Part shown: positions 1 through 9,303 of the stretch, piece after piece | Position numbering within the stretch: position 1 is the stretch's first letter | Layout: every line of letters begins with the position of its first letter | DNA from: Patescibacteria group bacterium | Lineage (GTDB): Bacteria; Patescibacteriota; WWE3; UBA101185; UBA10185 | Assembly (NCBI GenBank): GCA_016926555.1 | Contig: JAFGOI010000013.1 | Span: 44,802 to 108,801 of the forward strand | DNA: 64,000 nt | Reading direction: 5' to 3' | Notes under the pieces: generated by a model | What the model was told of the DNA's origin: nothing | What the model saw: only the letters and a program-made list of their open reading frames with translations | The model's database searches: none | Translations under genes and position numbers: made by a program

Positions 1-543
1 AAAATCATAGATGGAGATGTCGTCGCATATTACTCATCAACTACGGGGGGATATATAGAAAACGTAGGCTGGGACGTTAATGGCAACTGGCCGGGAGACG
101 CATACGAAAAAAAGGCGGACTCACCATGGTTCTATAAGGCATGGTACACAAAAAGCTATAATGATAGCAGTACATGTGATCATGATCACCCTTGGTTAAC
201 AGAAACAGAAATGGCGGATATTCTTAATTCATGGGTAGTTTATACAAAAGGCTCCAGTAACGAAAAGTCACATATTTCACCGTTATCCGACTGCTGGGGA
301 GGAGACCCTTACTCACCAGATGAAATGGCCGAAAAGGCAGATAAATACGGCTACAAATATACTAGTGTGTCCAATGTAGATATTGAAATCAGTAATAATG
401 GATACACTTCTGAAGTTATCTTCGAAACAAATGAGGGAACTGTTCGCATAAACGGGGACACATTTAAAACAGTATTTAACCTTCGAGCTCCGGGTTATGT
501 GTCTATAAGGAGCAGACTCTACGATTTGGAAAGAAGAGATTGA
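1..543 (+). CDS. SpoIID/LytB-domain protein, C-terminal fragment (gene begins upstream of window)
   Basis: Frame 1 is open from base 1 to the stop at 541-543. The translation contains ...VVAYYSSTTGGYIENVGWD..., which resembles the conserved YHSSSGG(R)TEN motif of SpoIID/LytB domains. Confidence 0.45.
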   Translation, partial: KIIDGDVVAYYSSTTGGYIENVGWDVNGNWPGDAYEKKADSPWFYKAWYTKSYNDSSTCDHDHPWLTETEMADILNSWVVYTKGSSNEKSHISPLSDCWGGDPYSPDEMAEKADKYGYKYTSVSNVDIEISNNGYTSEVIFETNEGTVRINGDTFKTVFNLRAPGYVSIRSRLYDLERRD

Positions 544-2042
544 TGGGCGTCAACTGTTTCATCAAAAAAAACATATCTATTATTATAAACGTATTTCTTG
601 TTATTATCAGCACAATCTTACTTTTCTGCCCTCCTACTGATCCCGATTTCGGTTGGCAGTATAAATACGGGGAATATATTGTAACCAACAGAGATATCCC
701 CAAAAAAAACTTTTTTTCTTACCCAAATGCGGGAGAGCCTTGGGCGGATTTTTACTGGGTATCACAGATAATACTCTATGCTCTATACAGCAATTTACCG
801 AGTATTCTAGCGGGGCTGATTCTCAGCGTGGTATTCAGCATTGTGTTTATTAAGCTTCTTGACACCTATGGCACAAGTTATACAGGCAGAATTCTATCTG
901 TATTCCTAATACCTGCATATCTTTCTAGATATATCCTGATTGCTAGACCAATGTTTTTCAGCTCAATCTTTACTATGTTACTCGTGTATATATTTTTAAA
1001 AAAACCTAATTTTCAGCATATAACTCCAATTATTTTCTTAATTTGGGCAAATATGCATGCTGACTGGATATTCGGGATGATAATAACGGGGTTTTTCTAT
1101 TTATTTAGATACCTGGAACAAAAAAACAAAGGGGTAATAGATATCATATTGTTATTAAAGACAATTTTGGCATTAGCCTTGAATTTGTGTGCTACACTGA
1201 TAAATCCCTATAGATTATTTCTCTGGGTAACACTTGGACGTGAAGCCATCATGGCAAATAGAGGATTTATTGCTGAGTGGTCCCCTATAAATATTGGTAC
1301 AGATATCAGCAGCATATTTTATTATCTAGCTTTTATGATCACTGCCGGTACAATACTGGCGGCTACCTTTTTTTACAAGAAAATCCTGCCGAAGTGGTAT
1401 CTAGTATCAATCATATTTTTATTTATATTAGCCTGCAAATCGGGTTATTTTTTTAGATTATTTATTCTTGTTTCTCTTCCCGCACTACCAAATTTCTTAG
1501 GAGTTTTCTCAGGAAATGTGTATACAAATATAGCAACTTTCTTAAAAAATAAAGGCCTCCAAAAAATCTTTCGTGTTCTTGGTATCCTGTTAATTATGAC
1601 GCTTTCATTAATTTCTCTGGAAAACTTCACGTTTAATATAGCTTCCGCACTAAACACAAAATATTGGTCAATAGAAGCAAGATACCCATTCAACGCAGTT
1701 AATACAATAAAAAATGATTCCAGCTCCAGATTCAAGGGAAACATGCTTAATTCGTATAATTGGGGGGGATATCTGATATGGCAGCTTCCTGAACACAAAA
1801 CCTTTATTGACGGCAGACTGCCTGCCTGGTGCAAGGGAAACAAACCCGAACTTATACTCGAATATAGAGCTGCCTCAAAAGATTTCGAAAAGCTTAAATC
1901 CTTAATCCAAGAATACAACATCTCCTGGATTCTTTTAGATACAGAATCACAAATGGGTGAATTGCTGCTGGATCATGAAAGCAATTTTGAAATTATAGAA
2001 AAAGATGATATCTATGTTCTTGCACTACCCAAAGAGGATTAG
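540..2042 (+). CDS. polytopic integral membrane protein, GT-C-like glycosyltransferase / O-antigen-ligase-like (family uncertain)
   Basis: 500-aa ORF with 10 or more hydrophobic helices and a C-terminal soluble region (NSYNWGGYLIW...FIDGR). It overlaps the upstream gene by 4 nt. Confidence 0.5.
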   Translation: MMGVNCFIKKNISIIINVFLVIISTILLFCPPTDPDFGWQYKYGEYIVTNRDIPKKNFFSYPNAGEPWADFYWVSQIILYALYSNLPSILAGLILSVVFSIVFIKLLDTYGTSYTGRILSVFLIPAYLSRYILIARPMFFSSIFTMLLVYIFLKKPNFQHITPIIFLIWANMHADWIFGMIITGFFYLFRYLEQKNKGVIDIILLLKTILALALNLCATLINPYRLFLWVTLGREAIMANRGFIAEWSPINIGTDISSIFYYLAFMITAGTILAATFFYKKILPKWYLVSIIFLFILACKSGYFFRLFILVSLPALPNFLGVFSGNVYTNIATFLKNKGLQKIFRVLGILLIMTLSLISLENFTFNIASALNTKYWSIEARYPFNAVNTIKNDSSSRFKGNMLNSYNWGGYLIWQLPEHKTFIDGRLPAWCKGNKPELILEYRAASKDFEKLKSLIQEYNISWILLDTESQMGELLLDHESNFEIIEKDDIYVLALPKED

Positions 2043-2062
2043 TTGACTCTAATTGATATAAT

Positions 2063-2320
2063 TTGCATATGCATAAAAAAGATACCGATTTAGTATACAC
2101 TCTAGGATTTTGTATTGCGGTATTACTTATATCTAAGAAGGCTTACGCTTACATAGATCTAGGCACCGGAAGTTATATGATTCAAATAGTTCTTGCTGGT
2201 GTGCTCGGAGCTCTATTTGTATTCAAAACTTCCATACTTAAAATTATCGGCAAAATGAAGGCAGCCCTTCAAAAAAGCAAAAAAAATGAAACAAAAGAGA
2301 AAGACAATTCCATTAAATAG
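2063..2320 (+). CDS. small membrane protein, hypothetical
   Basis: 85-aa ORF with two hydrophobic segments and a Lys-rich C-terminus, sitting in operon context. Confidence 0.3.
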   Translation: MHMHKKDTDLVYTLGFCIAVLLISKKAYAYIDLGTGSYMIQIVLAGVLGALFVFKTSILKIIGKMKAALQKSKKNETKEKDNSIK

Positions 2321-3680
2321 TTCCTTCCGAGATCCTAGTGGATATGTTTTCAAAATTGACGACAAAATTTATAGACGAGTAAACTTATCATACAAAGATC
2401 AATACGATCACCTGATATCTTTGAATTTATACCAGGATCTTGTTGAAAAGAATCTGTTAATACCCCACAAAGAAGTTACTCTGAAACAATACACAGATGA
2501 AAATACTTATAAAATACTAGAACCGGACACAATTCCTTTTATTACATACCCATACGAATGGTGTTTTTCTCATCTTAAAGATGCCGCGTTAACTTTACTT
2601 AATATCCAAACTATTGCACTAACTCATGGAATGACGTTAAAAGACGCGAGTTCTTATAATATGCAGATACACGAAGGGAACCATTTGCTAATAGATTCAT
2701 TATCTTTTGAAATATACGAAAAAGGATCGCCGTGGATCGCCTACAGACAATTCTGTCAACATTTCCTAGCTCCGTTAGCCTTAGCGGCCTATAAAGATCC
2801 CAGTCTAATTCAATTACTTAAAATTCACCTGGACGGAATACCTCTTGATCTCGCATCAAAACTTCTTCCAAATAGAAGTTACTTAAATACTGGATTAGGT
2901 ATTCATTTACATCTGCACTCCTTTAGCCAAAAACGAAATAAGAACAGGCACACCCGGCTTCCCAAAGGAAACGTAAGCAAAAATTCCATGTATGGTCTTA
3001 TAGAAAGCCTTAAATCGACCGTACACAGCCTGAAACTTAACGGCAACCAAAAAACAACCTGGGAAAACTACTACAATGAAACCAACTATACAGACACATC
3101 TTTTGAAGAAAAGGTACAGTTCGTTTCTCAATGGGCGGAACAGCTTAAACCAAGTATCGTATGGGACATAGGAGCAAATACAGGAATATTTAGCCGTAAT
3201 GTAGCAAAGTACTGCAAACGGGTCATCTCTATAGATAATGACCTTATGTCTATAGAACAAAACTACTCAATATGCAGAGAGAATCACATTAAAAACTGCA
3301 CTCCGCTTGTCATAGACATAACAAATCCAAGCCCAAACATAGGGTGGAACCTTCAGGAAAGAGTATCCCTTTTAAATCGTAAAAAACCGGATTTAGTTTT
3401 GGCACTGGCACTAATACACCATTTAGTTATAGGAAACAATACACCTCTGGACATGCTCGCAAGTTTCTTTAACGGTTTGACCGATAATTTAATAGTTGAG
3501 TTCATACCAAAGAGTGATTCCCAGGTCCAAAAACTTTTAAGTACGCGTGATGACATTTTTGATACCTACGATAAGAATCAATTTGAAAAAACCTTTAGTA
3601 AATACTATATAATATCTGCGTGTCAGCAGTTAAAAAAATCAAAAAGAATTCTTTATCATATGAGCAAAAAAATGTCTTAA
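2286..3680 (+). CDS. SAM-dependent methyltransferase domain protein with N-terminal domain of unknown function
   Basis: 464-aa ORF. The C-terminal WDIGANTGIFS...VISIDND matches class I methyltransferase motif I (hhDhGxGxG) plus the motif II acidic residue. Confidence 0.55.
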   Translation: MKQKRKTIPLNSSFRDPSGYVFKIDDKIYRRVNLSYKDQYDHLISLNLYQDLVEKNLLIPHKEVTLKQYTDENTYKILEPDTIPFITYPYEWCFSHLKDAALTLLNIQTIALTHGMTLKDASSYNMQIHEGNHLLIDSLSFEIYEKGSPWIAYRQFCQHFLAPLALAAYKDPSLIQLLKIHLDGIPLDLASKLLPNRSYLNTGLGIHLHLHSFSQKRNKNRHTRLPKGNVSKNSMYGLIESLKSTVHSLKLNGNQKTTWENYYNETNYTDTSFEEKVQFVSQWAEQLKPSIVWDIGANTGIFSRNVAKYCKRVISIDNDLMSIEQNYSICRENHIKNCTPLVIDITNPSPNIGWNLQERVSLLNRKKPDLVLALALIHHLVIGNNTPLDMLASFFNGLTDNLIVEFIPKSDSQVQKLLSTRDDIFDTYDKNQFEKTFSKYYIISACQQLKKSKRILYHMSKKMS

Positions 3681-5209
3681 CATTAGGTCCTTTGTTTTTA
3701 ACATTAATTCCTCCTTTATGGCTTCTTTCAAATAATATAGGACTTATGTCCCTTCTAGATATATCTGGTTTGTTAGCTACATTTCTTTTTAGTACTGGAA
3801 TTACGCTCGTCGCGGTTAAATATGTTGTTAAAGATACTCAAAGGACATCGCTAGTCACTACTATAATTATATTTCTATTTTTCTGTTACAGTATGCTAAA
3901 TACTTCTCTTATGAGTTTTTTTCCCCTTTTACCTCCCGAATTTATCAAAGTGCTTACACTTATTATCTATATCCCTATTCTTCTTATAGGGTTTAAATTC
4001 AGGTTCCCAGATGTATTTCCATTGTGGAAATTTAACCAATTTCTAAATATTGTTCTCGGAACTCTGGTTGCCCTTTCAATGTATGATATTGTGCACATCA
4101 GTATATCTGAGAACATACCTATTCACCCTAAAAACATTCCTTCAAACATAGACAAGCCCTTTGTGTCTGACAACACTTATCCAGATATTTATTACATTAT
4201 TCTTGATGCACATTCACGCGCGGATAAAGTCGAAGAAATATTCGGCAGCAAATCAACAACAATATTAGTTGACGAATTGAAAAAAAGGGACTTTTATGTA
4301 GCAGAAAACAGCGTGTCAAATTACCACACTACTCTCTTATCCCTATCATCTTCATTAAACATGAATTATCTTCACAATCTAGTCGAAAAGCCCTCTTCGG
4401 ACAGAATCAACTACGTACCATTTAAAAACTTAATCAATAACTGCTCAATTCAACAAATCCTAGAAGAACACAGTTATGAAACTATAAATGTAAAGTCGAA
4501 GTCCATGTGTACAAACATTACAGCACATACTAGCTTTTTATATCCAAAACATCAGTTCAATGAAGCGGAAAGCAGACTAATCGAAATGACACCTCTCCTA
4601 GATCTGGGTTTTGGAGAAATATTGAAAAAACAAATGCATACCGGCATTGAATATGAGTTTGCAGTGCTACCAAAAGTAGCGTTAAAAGATGAGGCTACCT
4701 TCACATTCGCTCACATCTTATCTCCTCATCCCCCATTTGTATTTAGTAGCACAGGGGAAATGGTAGATAACATCCCTTGGAGAGGATATAAAGAAGCTGT
4801 TTCATATAAAGGCCTCGCTGAAGAATATCTAGCCGGATATAAAGACCAAGTAAGTTATATAGATACCCTAATTCTTGAAACAATAGACCTTATCCTAAAA
4901 AATTCAAAACAAAAACCAATAATTATAATCCAAGCGGACCACGGATCCGGATACAGAGAGCGTCTTTATCCCGAAGATTACAACACCGAAATTAAGCTAA
5001 AAGAAAAAATGTCCATACTTAATGCTATATATTTTCCCGATAATAACTATGAACTTCTGTACGATAACATCACTCCTGTAAATACATTCCGTGTGATACT
5101 AAATAAATTCTTCGGAAAGGATATGGAACTTCTCGAAGACAAAAGCTATCAAACAACCTGCGAAAACCCCTACGCGTATAGGGACGTTACAGAAATAGTA
5201 AAGAAATAA
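3620..5209 (+). CDS. membrane-anchored alkaline-phosphatase-superfamily protein (sulfatase/LtaS-like)
   Basis: 529-aa ORF with about 5 N-terminal TM helices, then a soluble domain with YIILDAHSR...IIIIQADHGSG. These resemble the metal-binding segments of LtaS/sulfatase-family enzymes. The start may be internal, since it overlaps the upstream gene by 61 nt. Confidence 0.5.
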   Translation: MSAVKKIKKNSLSYEQKNVLTLGPLFLTLIPPLWLLSNNIGLMSLLDISGLLATFLFSTGITLVAVKYVVKDTQRTSLVTTIIIFLFFCYSMLNTSLMSFFPLLPPEFIKVLTLIIYIPILLIGFKFRFPDVFPLWKFNQFLNIVLGTLVALSMYDIVHISISENIPIHPKNIPSNIDKPFVSDNTYPDIYYIILDAHSRADKVEEIFGSKSTTILVDELKKRDFYVAENSVSNYHTTLLSLSSSLNMNYLHNLVEKPSSDRINYVPFKNLINNCSIQQILEEHSYETINVKSKSMCTNITAHTSFLYPKHQFNEAESRLIEMTPLLDLGFGEILKKQMHTGIEYEFAVLPKVALKDEATFTFAHILSPHPPFVFSSTGEMVDNIPWRGYKEAVSYKGLAEEYLAGYKDQVSYIDTLILETIDLILKNSKQKPIIIIQADHGSGYRERLYPEDYNTEIKLKEKMSILNAIYFPDNNYELLYDNITPVNTFRVILNKFFGKDMELLEDKSYQTTCENPYAYRDVTEIVKK

Positions 5210-5324
5210 GACATACTTGGCGAATTCGCTTCCGCACAAATTCAAATATAATTTCACAAATGCAATTGGTATTGCAACAAGAGAAGACGTTTCAAATTAA
5301 TTTAATGCTATAATATGCCCACAA

Positions 5325-5930
5325 ATGGTATTTGCATCATTTATAGAAAATCCAAGTAAAACACACTACGATGGGGAGGATAAGGGTGAACGTATTCTTT
5401 ATGTAATGAGAAGCGCATTCTTAACTAACTACAAATGGCTTACCCTAACCATAATCATGATCCTAGCTCCCTTTTTAATGGACATTTTCCTGGCCACACT
5501 AAAATTTGACGGAAGAATGTTGCTGAAACCAGGATTCATAGTTATGTTTACCTTATTTTGGTACACAGGAACATTTGGGTACTTCCTAACGAAGTTCTTA
5601 CTTTGGTATTTCAATGTTTATATAATCACAACAAAAAAAATAGTGGACATGGATTTTAGAGGTCTCTTCTACAAAAATATATCGGAAGCAACTTTAGATA
5701 ATATAGAAGATGTTACATCAACAGTTAAAGGAACGTTTGGCGTTGTCTTTAACATAGGAAATGTTTTCATACAAACTGCTGCTGAAACTAGGGAATTCGA
5801 ATTTGAGGGAGTACACGACCCCGCAAAAGTTAGAGATATAATCTCCGATCTGGTAAGAGATATTAGAGACTCTTACATGCGCGGGAAAGGTTTCTCAAGA
5901 AGGGGGGAAATCCTACTTAAAGAAGATTAA
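5325..5930 (+). CDS. membrane protein, hypothetical
   Basis: 201-aa ORF with 2-3 TM helices followed by a soluble C-terminal domain. A TATAAT-like element lies at about 5305-5310. Confidence 0.45.
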   Translation: MVFASFIENPSKTHYDGEDKGERILYVMRSAFLTNYKWLTLTIIMILAPFLMDIFLATLKFDGRMLLKPGFIVMFTLFWYTGTFGYFLTKFLLWYFNVYIITTKKIVDMDFRGLFYKNISEATLDNIEDVTSTVKGTFGVVFNIGNVFIQTAAETREFEFEGVHDPAKVRDIISDLVRDIRDSYMRGKGFSRRGEILLKED

Positions 5931-5938
5931 GGTTTTAT

Positions 5939-6181
5939 ATGACTAACTATATTGACTTTATAGCAAAACTATTTACAGTGAATGGAGCAGTTGACGTAAT
6001 TGAGTTTTTCGTTTTCATTACAATGGTTATCTATACACTTCTTGCATTTATTCTAACCCGACAAGTAAAACTCATGAATAGAAGTTTTACAACCCCATAC
6101 GCTCCTTTATTTAGAACATTGGCGCTTCTTCACTTTGGAGCTTCTATTCTTGTAGCTACTTTGACTCTTTTCATTATTTAA
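5939..6181 (+). CDS. small membrane protein, hypothetical
   Basis: 80-aa ORF with two hydrophobic helices, tightly spaced between neighbouring genes. Confidence 0.35.
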   Translation: MTNYIDFIAKLFTVNGAVDVIEFFVFITMVIYTLLAFILTRQVKLMNRSFTTPYAPLFRTLALLHFGASILVATLTLFII

Positions 6182-6184
6182 CAT

Positions 6185-8023
6185 ATGAAAAGAAAACTAA
6201 CTGCGAAAATACAAAAACTCAATCCCACACACCAGGGAACAACTACAAAAGCTTTCGCACAAAGTTTAGTCATAGAACCGGAAACTCGCAAACTCGCGTT
6301 GCAAAAAGGCACTATTTACGCCGTATATGATATCTCCAGCGATCTCGAACTGGAACATAGTGTTATATCAAAAATCGTCCATGATATACTTCGGGATCTG
6401 TACTTCCAGTCGGAAAATATATCCCCAACACAAACTCTGGAAAAAACCATCTTAGAAATAAGAAACAAAGTCACGCAAATGGACGAAACTAGCAAAACTA
6501 GATTTAACATTGTCGCGGCAGTATTATGGGGAAATGTATTATATTCAGTACAGTTCGGCTCCGGAAAAAGCTACCTCGTCCAAGAAGGTGAAATTAGACC
6601 GATAAGTACTATCTCTGAAGGAAATTTCGCGGCAGCTTCAGGAGTAGTCAACGATGATGACGTAGTCATTCTATCCACAGAATCCTTTGACAACGAGTTC
6701 CCGCCAAAAAAGCTACTATCATCATCCATACCGGAAAATAATCTCGCGGCACAGCAGGCCGCAATACTAATGAAATTCATTGTAGACACTGAGTTTTCCG
6801 AAAACGAAATAGTAGACTTTGGTCTTGAAGAAACCAAAAGAAAAGGCAACCTGTCTCAGAAAATAAAAAATCTCTTCAAAAAACTTACTAACGCCATTAA
6901 AAAAGGTAGACTACAGGCAAAATCTACTAATATGTCAAACAGGAAATTAATCATCATTATAGGCCTTACCGTACTATTAATACCTATCGCGGTTTTAATT
7001 GTCAAGAAAAGTAAAAAAACCGAAGAACCCACAGAACCCGCACAGGAGCAACTCTTAGGCATGGATATCAAAAGGGAAACAAATACTTGGGAGGAGGAAA
7101 AAAAGAATGACGAGAAAAACAAAGTCGTCAGAATATCCCCAGAAGCATTCTTTGATATTAAAATCATAGACGACACAACTGATCCTACTGAAATAGAAGT
7201 AGTCGATGAAAAGATTATAGTAGCAGCAAAAGACAGCGGTAAAATCTTCATATCCGAGATGGAAACTCCCAATTTCGAAAAAACAAACCTTGAATTTCCG
7301 GGGGTTGAGAGTCTAAACAGCTCAAAAAGCGCCTTATCCTTCAACGATAATGAAGGGTTCAAATATTTCAACATAGAAACAGCTGAAGTAGACGAAAGCT
7401 ACGAAGATCCTGATCTTACACTTACAGATACATACATGGACTTTATATACGCCATAAAAGGCAATCAGATAATCAAGTTCACAAAAGAAAATGGTTATCT
7501 AAGCAACACAGTATGGAGCGACGATGAAAGGTTTTCAAACGCAGTGTCTTTATCTATAGCATACAGTATTTTTGTAACTACAAAGGACAGTTCGATTTTA
7601 AAGTATACTGCGGGAGAATTTGACCCTTTCGAACATACCAAATTAGAAATACCTTTAGGACCTAGAATAAAAATATTTTCCGATACGTTACTGAACGATA
7701 TATACATCCTGGATCCGGATAACAAAAGAGTAGTCATCTTCAACGATTCGGGCGAACTTATAAAACAATACAAAACGGAAAAGGAGGAGACCTGGAATAA
7801 TATGAAGGATATCTCGGTTTCTGATGACGAAAAATATATTTATGTGCTTAATGACACAAAAATATACGTAATAGGTCTTGATGTTGAAGAATTCGAAGAA
7901 GAAGCAGAGACAGAAGAATCCCCACAGGTGGAAGAAAGCGTGGATACAACAGAAAACACTTATACGAATACTTCCACAGATAATGTTGAAGTAGGAGACA
8001 CTTCCGCAGGTATTACCGAGTAA
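6185..8023 (+). CDS. bitopic membrane protein: cytoplasmic degenerate PP2C-like domain, one TM helix, extracellular beta-rich domain, acidic tail
   Basis: 612-aa ORF. The N-terminal segment GTIYAVYDISSD...NIVAAVLWGNVLYSVQFGSGKSYLVQEGEIRPIS...DDDVVILSTESFDNEF parallels PP2C motifs (DGxGGH, GDSRxYLxRDGExxQLT, LLLCSDGL), but the metal-binding Asp residues are replaced. A TM helix spans about residues 255-275, and the C-terminus is Glu/Asp-rich. Confidence 0.5.
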   Translation: MKRKLTAKIQKLNPTHQGTTTKAFAQSLVIEPETRKLALQKGTIYAVYDISSDLELEHSVISKIVHDILRDLYFQSENISPTQTLEKTILEIRNKVTQMDETSKTRFNIVAAVLWGNVLYSVQFGSGKSYLVQEGEIRPISTISEGNFAAASGVVNDDDVVILSTESFDNEFPPKKLLSSSIPENNLAAQQAAILMKFIVDTEFSENEIVDFGLEETKRKGNLSQKIKNLFKKLTNAIKKGRLQAKSTNMSNRKLIIIIGLTVLLIPIAVLIVKKSKKTEEPTEPAQEQLLGMDIKRETNTWEEEKKNDEKNKVVRISPEAFFDIKIIDDTTDPTEIEVVDEKIIVAAKDSGKIFISEMETPNFEKTNLEFPGVESLNSSKSALSFNDNEGFKYFNIETAEVDESYEDPDLTLTDTYMDFIYAIKGNQIIKFTKENGYLSNTVWSDDERFSNAVSLSIAYSIFVTTKDSSILKYTAGEFDPFEHTKLEIPLGPRIKIFSDTLLNDIYILDPDNKRVVIFNDSGELIKQYKTEKEETWNNMKDISVSDDEKYIYVLNDTKIYVIGLDVEEFEEEAETEESPQVEESVDTTENTYTNTSTDNVEVGDTSAGITE

Positions 8024-8079
8024 ATATATAAAATTATCCTTTACATCAACCAAAATGGAAGGTAGAATACGTTTCGCTA

Positions 8080-8424
8080 ATGCTTGAAAAGAAATATATA
8101 ACAGAAATTCTACAAAGAACATATTGTTATAAATGCGGTGCTAGCATGGAAAATGCAAAAATTATACCAATAACTGAAGCCCCGTTAGCCTTAGTAGCTC
8201 ACACAGTATGCCCTGCATGTCAAGCAGAAGCTATGCTTACTATCACTCCCGTTGGAAGTGGTTTGATGCCCATCAGATCAGATCTAAAGGGGGACGAGAT
8301 TAAAAAGTTTATAGGTGCTAATTCCGTGAGTTTTAAGGAACTGCTAAAACTGCACGCATCATTAAAGAAAGAAAGTATATGGAACTTACTGCAGAAAAAA
8401 GACAGGAATCAGGAAAAAAAGTAA
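8080..8424 (+). CDS. zinc-ribbon protein, hypothetical
   Basis: 114-aa ORF with a CYKCG...CPACQ four-Cys arrangement. Its 3' end overlaps the rplY start by 46 nt, so its status is uncertain. Confidence 0.35.
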   Translation: MLEKKYITEILQRTYCYKCGASMENAKIIPITEAPLALVAHTVCPACQAEAMLTITPVGSGLMPIRSDLKGDEIKKFIGANSVSFKELLKLHASLKKESIWNLLQKKDRNQEKK

Positions 8425-9044
8425 GACACTTACGAAAAGAAAATAAAATACCTGCCGTTATGTTTGGCAAAGGTCTTGAATCAGTGTCTTTGTCCTTGAA
8501 TTATCTTGATTTTGATAGATTATACAAGGAGGCAGGTGAAACTAATCTTATTGACCTAAATTATAACAGTGAATCTCATAAGGTTCTGATCAAAGAAGTC
8601 CAGTATGACCCTATATCAGACAAAATAATCCATGTGGGATTTTATAAACCAGACCTTACCGAAAAAGTAGAAGTAAATGTACCTGTGGAAGTAATCGGTG
8701 AAGAAGAAAACGACCTTATTAAAAGCGGTGAAGCTGTTGTACTGGTACTCCTTCAGGAAATAACAATAAGCGCGCTTCCTACCGAGCTAAAAGATGCTTT
8801 TGTCATTGATGTTTCTAAACTAACTGAAGTCGGCGCTGCTGTTACAGTCGCACAATTAGACTATGACAGGGAAAAAGTTGAAATCGTTGACGTGGAAAAG
8901 GATGAGGCTGTTGTAAGGCTAGATTACGCTCAAATGGCCGAAGAAGAAGAGGAAGTCAGCGAAGAAGAGCTTATAGAGGGTATTGAAGCCACTGAAGAGA
9001 CTGAAAAAGACGAAGAAGAGGCTGAAGATACAGCCGAAAGTTGA
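8379..9044 (+). CDS. rplY: 50S ribosomal protein L25 / general stress protein Ctc form
   Basis: The N-terminus LTAEKRQESGKKVRHLRKENKIPAVMFGKG is the canonical L25 start. The long acidic C-terminal tail is typical of Ctc-type L25. Confidence 0.8.
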   Translation: MELTAEKRQESGKKVRHLRKENKIPAVMFGKGLESVSLSLNYLDFDRLYKEAGETNLIDLNYNSESHKVLIKEVQYDPISDKIIHVGFYKPDLTEKVEVNVPVEVIGEEENDLIKSGEAVVLVLLQEITISALPTELKDAFVIDVSKLTEVGAAVTVAQLDYDREKVEIVDVEKDEAVVRLDYAQMAEEEEEVSEEELIEGIEATEETEKDEEEAEDTAES

Positions 9045-9067
9045 ATTCTATAGATTGACCTATAATA

Positions 9068-9096
9068 TTGCACCCCCTATAATTTTATAGTATACT
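9068..9096 (+). promoter_or_regulatory. candidate sigma70-type promoter (TTGCAC-N17-TATACT) in the AT-rich leader before the GC-rich island
   Basis: Read directly from the sequence. It lies about 200 nt upstream of the first island gene. No transcript data are available. Confidence 0.3.
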
Positions 9097-9303
9097 TCAA
9101 ACAATTTTCCAACTTGTAATCTGCTCTTAGTGCAGGTGAAAACTAATTATTATGGCACCTTGAAAACCCGTATGGGTTGATAGGTCCTACATACACTTAT
9201 ATTTCCCTCTAGTTATCCTGGGATTTGAGTGTATGTTGGGCTTATTAACCCGAATGAACTGGAAAACTGAATAAGAACATAAACTTTTGAAAGGAGGAAG
9301 GCC

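Noticed and set aside
1445-1921. Minus-strand ORF 1445..1921 (158 aa) and similar antisense ORFs throughout (e.g. 2907..3260, 6856..7374, 7688..8122, 29210..29521, 30710..31204, 33746..34231, 43365..43724, 45022..45330, 61013..61336)
   Set aside because: Each lies entirely within a longer, better-supported gene on the opposite strand (membrane proteins, dnaK, VirB4-like, LCP and others), and none has independent support.
9165-9178. Hairpin AACCC-GTAT-GGGTT downstream of rplY considered as an intrinsic terminator or attachment-site remnant
   Set aside because: The stem is only 5 bp with no following U-tract, and no matching copy is found at the other island boundary.
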